This document shows positions 58,636-64,000 of a stretch of DNA of 64,000 nt, piece by piece. The notes beneath the pieces were generated by a model, which saw only the letters and a list, made by a program, of their open reading frames with translations, did not search any database and was not told the origin of the DNA. This DNA comes from Azolla caroliniana (lineage: Eukaryota > Plantae > Polypodiophyta), in NCBI GenBank assembly GCA_043228905.1, contig JBHGNT010000010.1, positions 9,238,001-9,302,000 on the forward strand. Reading direction: 5' to 3'. Numbering within the stretch: the stretch's first letter is position 1; each line of letters starts with the position of its first letter. The position numbers and the translations under genes were made by a program.

Positions 58636-61600
58636 AAACACGAAGAAGAAGATAAAAGCATCACTTCTTCATCCACCCCCATAAAATGATCTTTTAGAAT
58701 TTGAGACTGTTTTTTCTAGTCATACGCATTCCAGTTATCCTTCTTATCAAAGATGTAGTGATGCAGCTTTTCCATAACCTAGAGTGTCGAATTCATTTAC
58801 CTCTAGTTGAAGTAAATAATCATTTCATTGTAGTTATCACAAAATGTATAAATGCAATAGATGGTGTGCAATATCAACCCCATCCCATTTAGTTGCCTAT
58901 TGTATGTATGCCTTATCACATAATTCCTCTAAATGGACCTATTTTGTCGTCTTACATAATGGCCAATGCAATTGGTGGACATGGTTTCCTATAAGCTTAC
59001 AAACATGTAGTTGACCTTGGGTCACCCTTCCAAAAGTTGCCAACGAGATGAACTACCATTCAATATGAAAAGCATAAAATGTGTCTTCGAACTCCATATT
59101 GCACATAAAAAAGAAAAGAATATTGCATAGACTAGTGCCATAATCCCCATATCATAAAATCTCAAAACGCAAGTTGAAATTGTGGATGGGGTTGTCCAAT
59201 CTCCATTGAGCAAATACCCATTGGAAAGGTTCAAATAGAGCTTGCTACTAGACAACTACTAAACCTATGGTGATTGTGTTCCTCTCCAGTTGTACAACAA
59301 AATAACACATGTTAGAAGCAAAATTCCATCATCACAAAGCAACTTCGCCCTCATAAACAAACCGTTAAACTTTTGCTTTGAAATGAATATAAGACTTCCA
59401 TCCTAATAGCGCAACCCTTTGCTACCAACTATTGGGCCTTTTGATTCCCCATTCTTTGCTAATACGATATACCATCCATGTATGATTACTAATGAGATGG
59501 TGATATGCATTGTTCATTCTAAATTTAGCCAAGCTTGTATGACCTCCAAATGACCATATATCTTGATAGTTGGGAGGGGCACAAAACCTTATCCTAGTCG
59601 TAGATGCCATGATTCTTCTTTGGGATTATAGTATGAAATCCCCTATAATAATCTAATCCAATTGAAGCATGTGAGTAAATTGGGCTTGAAGAGTTTTCTT
59701 ATCCTCCCATCCCAACAAACTAGAAACTTGAAGCAAAATTCCATCATCACAAAGCAACTTCGCCCTCATAAACAAACCGTTAAACTTTTGCTATGAAATG
59801 AATATAAGACTTCCATCCTAATAGCGCAACCCTTTCCTACCAACTATTGGGCCTTTTGATTCCCCATTCTTTGCTAATACGATATACCATCCATGTATGA
59901 TTACTAATGAGATGGTGATATGCATTGTTCATTCTAAATTTAGCCAAGCTTGTATGACCTCCAAATGACCATATATCTTGATAATTGGGAGGGGCACAAA
60001 ACCTTATCCTAGTCGTAGATGCCATGATTCTTCTTTGGGATTATAGTATGGAATCCCCTATAATAATCTAATCCAATTGAAGCATGTGAGTAAATTGGGC
60101 TTGAAGAGTTTTCTTATCCTCCCATCCCAACAAACTAGATGCTTCCAACGCTTCAACTAGTTGCATGAAATTTGAGTTTTCTCTTTGCAAAGGAAGGAGT
60201 GTATAAAAATGACATGATACTACCAAAAAACTCTTGTTGCTCCCACTAAAACAACAAGGTCTTATGACAAGGTAACACACATGATATCCTTATTGTTGAA
60301 ACCAAGACCAACTTAACATTATCCATCTGCCCTATTACACCGAATGTATCACATCAATTATTCAAAAGAGTTATCCACACATCATGCATATTAGAGGGAG
60401 AAAATCCTCCCATAATGTGAACCAACTATCTTCAATACTCAATATTTGGGTCTCTTGTTCGGTTGGGTTTGCTCGTTGTGCAACAATGTCGCATTTCTTC
60501 CCAATATAACCAATTAAGGGCACAAAAGCATTTTGTATGGGAAGATAGTTGATGATACTCAATGTCCCATGACTGACATGATACTCAATACCTCTATCAT
60601 AAAGTAGTGAGAAGGCTTTTAGAGACACCACATGTTAGCGCATATGATATCTTTAGACTCTACATCTGTCATAACATCATCATTATTAGGTATAACATTC
60701 TATAATGATCAATTATAAACTTCATCATGCATAGCCTCATATTTCTCAATCATCACCTACTCATTGTCAACCATATTTATGTGTGTAGTTATTAGGGTGT
60801 CATATCTACATCAAGCTCTTTTGTATCGATTTCGCAGCACGCATTGTTCTTTTCTCAGGCACCGCAACACTACTTTGACATCAACAACAAAGAAAATGGT
60901 GATGGTCATTACTTACCAAAGGGTGTTGAAAAGTGGGTACAAAAACATATTCGAAGGTGATGATAGTTCTTGTCATGAGCATTGATTCTAGGCAAAGATT
61001 GCACAAATGTCTCTTAGTCTCTCTTAGTCTCTCTCTTTGGTGAAAACACACAATTATATTAATAAAAGTGTGTGAAAAACACCACTTACAATGGGTGTCC
61101 CAATGGAGTATGGTCACCCACTAACTACATTACATGGGTAGTGGAACATGTGGAATTGCCAATAGGCAAGACAAACACTCCATTGAGGAAAGAATTTCCA
61201 CTTTGCTCTAATAAAGAAAATTGCCACATTAGTACTCTCTTCAACTTGTGCATATATGCTTTTACTCCATGCGTACCATCAAATACAAAAGCAATGCGCA
61301 TATCCCAATTATGACGCAATCCCCAATATATAAGAAATAGGAAAATGATCTCCACGTTTGATTTTGGGTCAACCTGTGTAAATTGTACAAACACCCATTG
61401 TTTAGGCGTCAAATTACACCATGATAAAACTTGCCAAAATTGAGAAATATAACTCCAAATCTGACAAACAATCGGACATTGTGTAAACCGATGAGTACTA
61501 TCTTCCATTTGAGTAGGGCAAAAGATACAATTACCCATTGCTAGTCCACGACACTTTAGAGCTAATCCTAGAGGCAATCGTCCAATCAAAACTCTCCAAA

Positions 61601-62513
61601 TGAAGACCTTTGCTACAAGTGGCAATTTAGAATGCGAACTACGTTTTAAGATCTGCCACCACCCATGATTAGATTTGTGTATTTTCCATTCTTCTTCAGC
61701 CTTAGATGATAGCCATCTAAGAGACTCAAGGAAGCAATGGTACAAAAGATTAGTAGTCACTTGTAACAACGACATCCGACCCCGTAAACACCAATCAATC
61801 CACGATTATTCTCCTATTTGTAGAGGTAAAGGACCTTGGATCAATGCAATATTTTGTAGTTGTTGGTAGATAAACCCATAATTAGGTGGGATGCGTAACA
61901 ATTGTCGCTTCGACAGACTCCAAAATTCTTTGAGATGGAGCCTCAACTATATCTCCCACCTCTTTTATCCCCAAACGGAACAAATGATTAAATTGAGAAC
62001 TTATCCCTTAACTTACTAGATATCCATTCAATTAATTGACTATTTGTAACATTCATTTCCAATGGATACCCCAATTGTTGATAATTAGAGCCTTTCTTCA
62101 CCACGGATCCTTGTCATCCTAAACATTCTAAATCACTTTCAGTACATGATATGAGACTAGACTTCCTCCAATTAATATGTAATCCGGAAGCCAATGCAAA
62201 TTGGTTCCACATAAGCATCCACTTCTCAAAATTCTCTCATGAGGATTGTAGAAACATGAAAGAATCATCGTCCAAAGCTTGTGCTACTAGTTGCTCTCTA
62301 GACAGAAGGTGTAGACCCACAATGTCACCATTTGTTGCAAGCCTTGATAACATCACTAACAATCATGGATGAGTAACAATAGCAAATAACAATGGGCTAA
62401 GTGGGCATCTTTGACGAACATATATTGTGAGGGCAATATCTGATGTAACTCCCCCATTAAGCATTACTTGAGACACCACATCTTGTCCTAATAAAAATAT
62501 GAGGCGAGACATA
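58636..62513 (+). repeat. Segmental duplication, copy 2 (right part)
   Basis: Colinear with 32724-37193; has its own 415-bp tandem duplication and a ~770-bp deletion. Confidence 0.9.
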
Positions 62514-63148
62514 CATGGTCCAAAGCCCATTTTATGCATTAACCTATAAACAAAAGACCAATTAACATGATCATAAGCATTATCCAAATCTAATTGCACC
62601 ATAATCAATTCTTGATGAGTGTTATGTGCATAATCCATTGCCATTTGAACATTCAATACATTATGCAATATATTCCTACCTGCAATAAAACCATATTGGG
62701 TGCGATGTATCAACTTTGGCAAATACTTTTGTAATCTATTTGCCAAGTCCTTTGTAAATATCTTATACAAAACCCCTTCAAAGAAATAGGTCTCCATTGA
62801 TGAAATGACTCAGGAGATGCCACCTTCGGAACTAATTTAATTAGACCAACCTTCCAAGCTTGAGGCATACAACCATAATCCCAACAATGTTGAAACATCA
62901 AGGTTAAGGGCCCCTTAAAAATGTTTGAATATCACTTAAAAAAATCATTTTTCAAGCCATCCCAAACAAGGCTCTTACCACTAGGAATATCGCTTAAAAC
63001 CATGTCCACATCATCCTCAGTGAAATCCATATCCAATTCATGACTAATGAGGTCGTGCACAATACATCCAACCACATCATGAAACTCATGGCATGATCTA
63101 CTCACCTCATTTGTCATTAACAATTGCGGGCCAATCAACTCCTTAAAG
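61070..63148 (-). mobile_element. Decayed LINE ORF2 fragment (RT plus zf-RVT), copy 2, longer than copy 1
   Basis: GKSLVWDGL, LIKLVPK..WRPISL, YKIFTK.LANRL..QYGFIAGR, LDLDNAYDHVNW, VRQRCPLSPLLF. Confidence 0.9.
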
Positions 63149-64000
63149 TGTCATGATATTGCATGGTATGGCTCCAAAAGAATTTGAACCCATGACCTTG
63201 TATTACATTGATTAAACCCTTACCATTAAATTATGCATTATAATACAACAAATATTATTTCATTTATTATTTCACTATAGGAAATTCATGTATATTCCAG
63301 ATTACTCTGGAACATTCTAGAAACAATAGGAGTACTCCCAACAACACTATAAATAGAGGCACAAGGCATTATTCTGAACCAATTCGATTCAACGCCAGTC
63401 TTAAGCCTCCTAGCTGTTCTTGTATATTTCTTCATATAATATACTTTTTGTCATCATTCTCTCTCTCTACTCTCCCTCTCTCTCCCTCTCTCTCTTCCCC
63501 TCTTGTGATTCTCACACACTCTTTCCCTTCTTAGTACTAATCCTCATTCTTCCCCTCTATCTTTAGTACTAATTCTCCTTGCCTCTAGTACTATCCCTGA
63601 CAATTTGAACCGAATTCCCCATCTTCTTATGCCTCCTTCCCTTCATACTAATCCTCTTATCCTTCCTCCAATACTAAATGGAAATTGTTAGTGCTCAAGA
63701 ATACCAATCCATTTTCTCGAAGCTCTAGTGCTTAAAAGAAAACTTTGTAGCACTAGAACAAGAAAATCAATGTTTTTGGGGGGATCTTCAACAAATAGCT
63801 CTAGAAAAACAATTACAACACAGGAAGCTGACGTTACGTGTGCAACAACTTGAAGCAACTATTGTGTCATTGCAGCAACAGGGACCAAGCACTCAAGGGA
63901 CTCCCAAAGAACCCAAGATCGGTCTTCTTATGAAGTTCGATGGAATGTGATCACAGTTTAGAGGATTTCTTAATCAAGTACGTTTGGTGATTCTGTTGAG
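63149..64000 (+). mobile_element. Element J: 5' LTR (63149-63602) and decayed gag start of a relative of element C; runs off the window
   Basis: TGTCATGA...CCTGACA LTR; gag from 63678 MEIVSAQEYQSIFSKL*CLKE...KEPKIGL..KFDG closely matches the element C gag. Confidence 0.9.

Overview
Plant nuclear DNA; the transposon types suggest a non-seed plant such as a fern or lycophyte (inference). Only two host genes are present: the last exon of an NPF/PTR transporter (400-1219, +) and an APY7-like apyrase (29169-31561, -, with a short 3' intron). Most of the rest is nested retroelements. (1) An old Tat-like Gypsy (A, about 3431-25809) contains a Trp-primed Gypsy (B, 4057-17394), which contains a very young chromodomain Gypsy (C, 6924-12589); A also holds two truncated Copia copies and a solo LTR. 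(2) A hAT-type MITE lies upstream of APY7 at the edge of a diverged segmental duplication (32.4-37.2 kb vs 44.7-45.0 + 58.6-62.5 kb). (3) An intact Copia (F, 37323-42815) has LTRs that look identical. (4) A decayed LINE carries a Copia insertion and a 147-bp tandem repeat. (5) A relative of C (J) runs off the right edge. The most notable signals are in the C/J family: a tRNA-independent self-priming PBS supported by compensatory changes, a heat-shock element next to the TATA box, a -1 frameshift signal and a tRNA-like A/B-box segment in U3. tRNA-like segments also occur in two unrelated LTR families here. All alignments and counts were done by eye.
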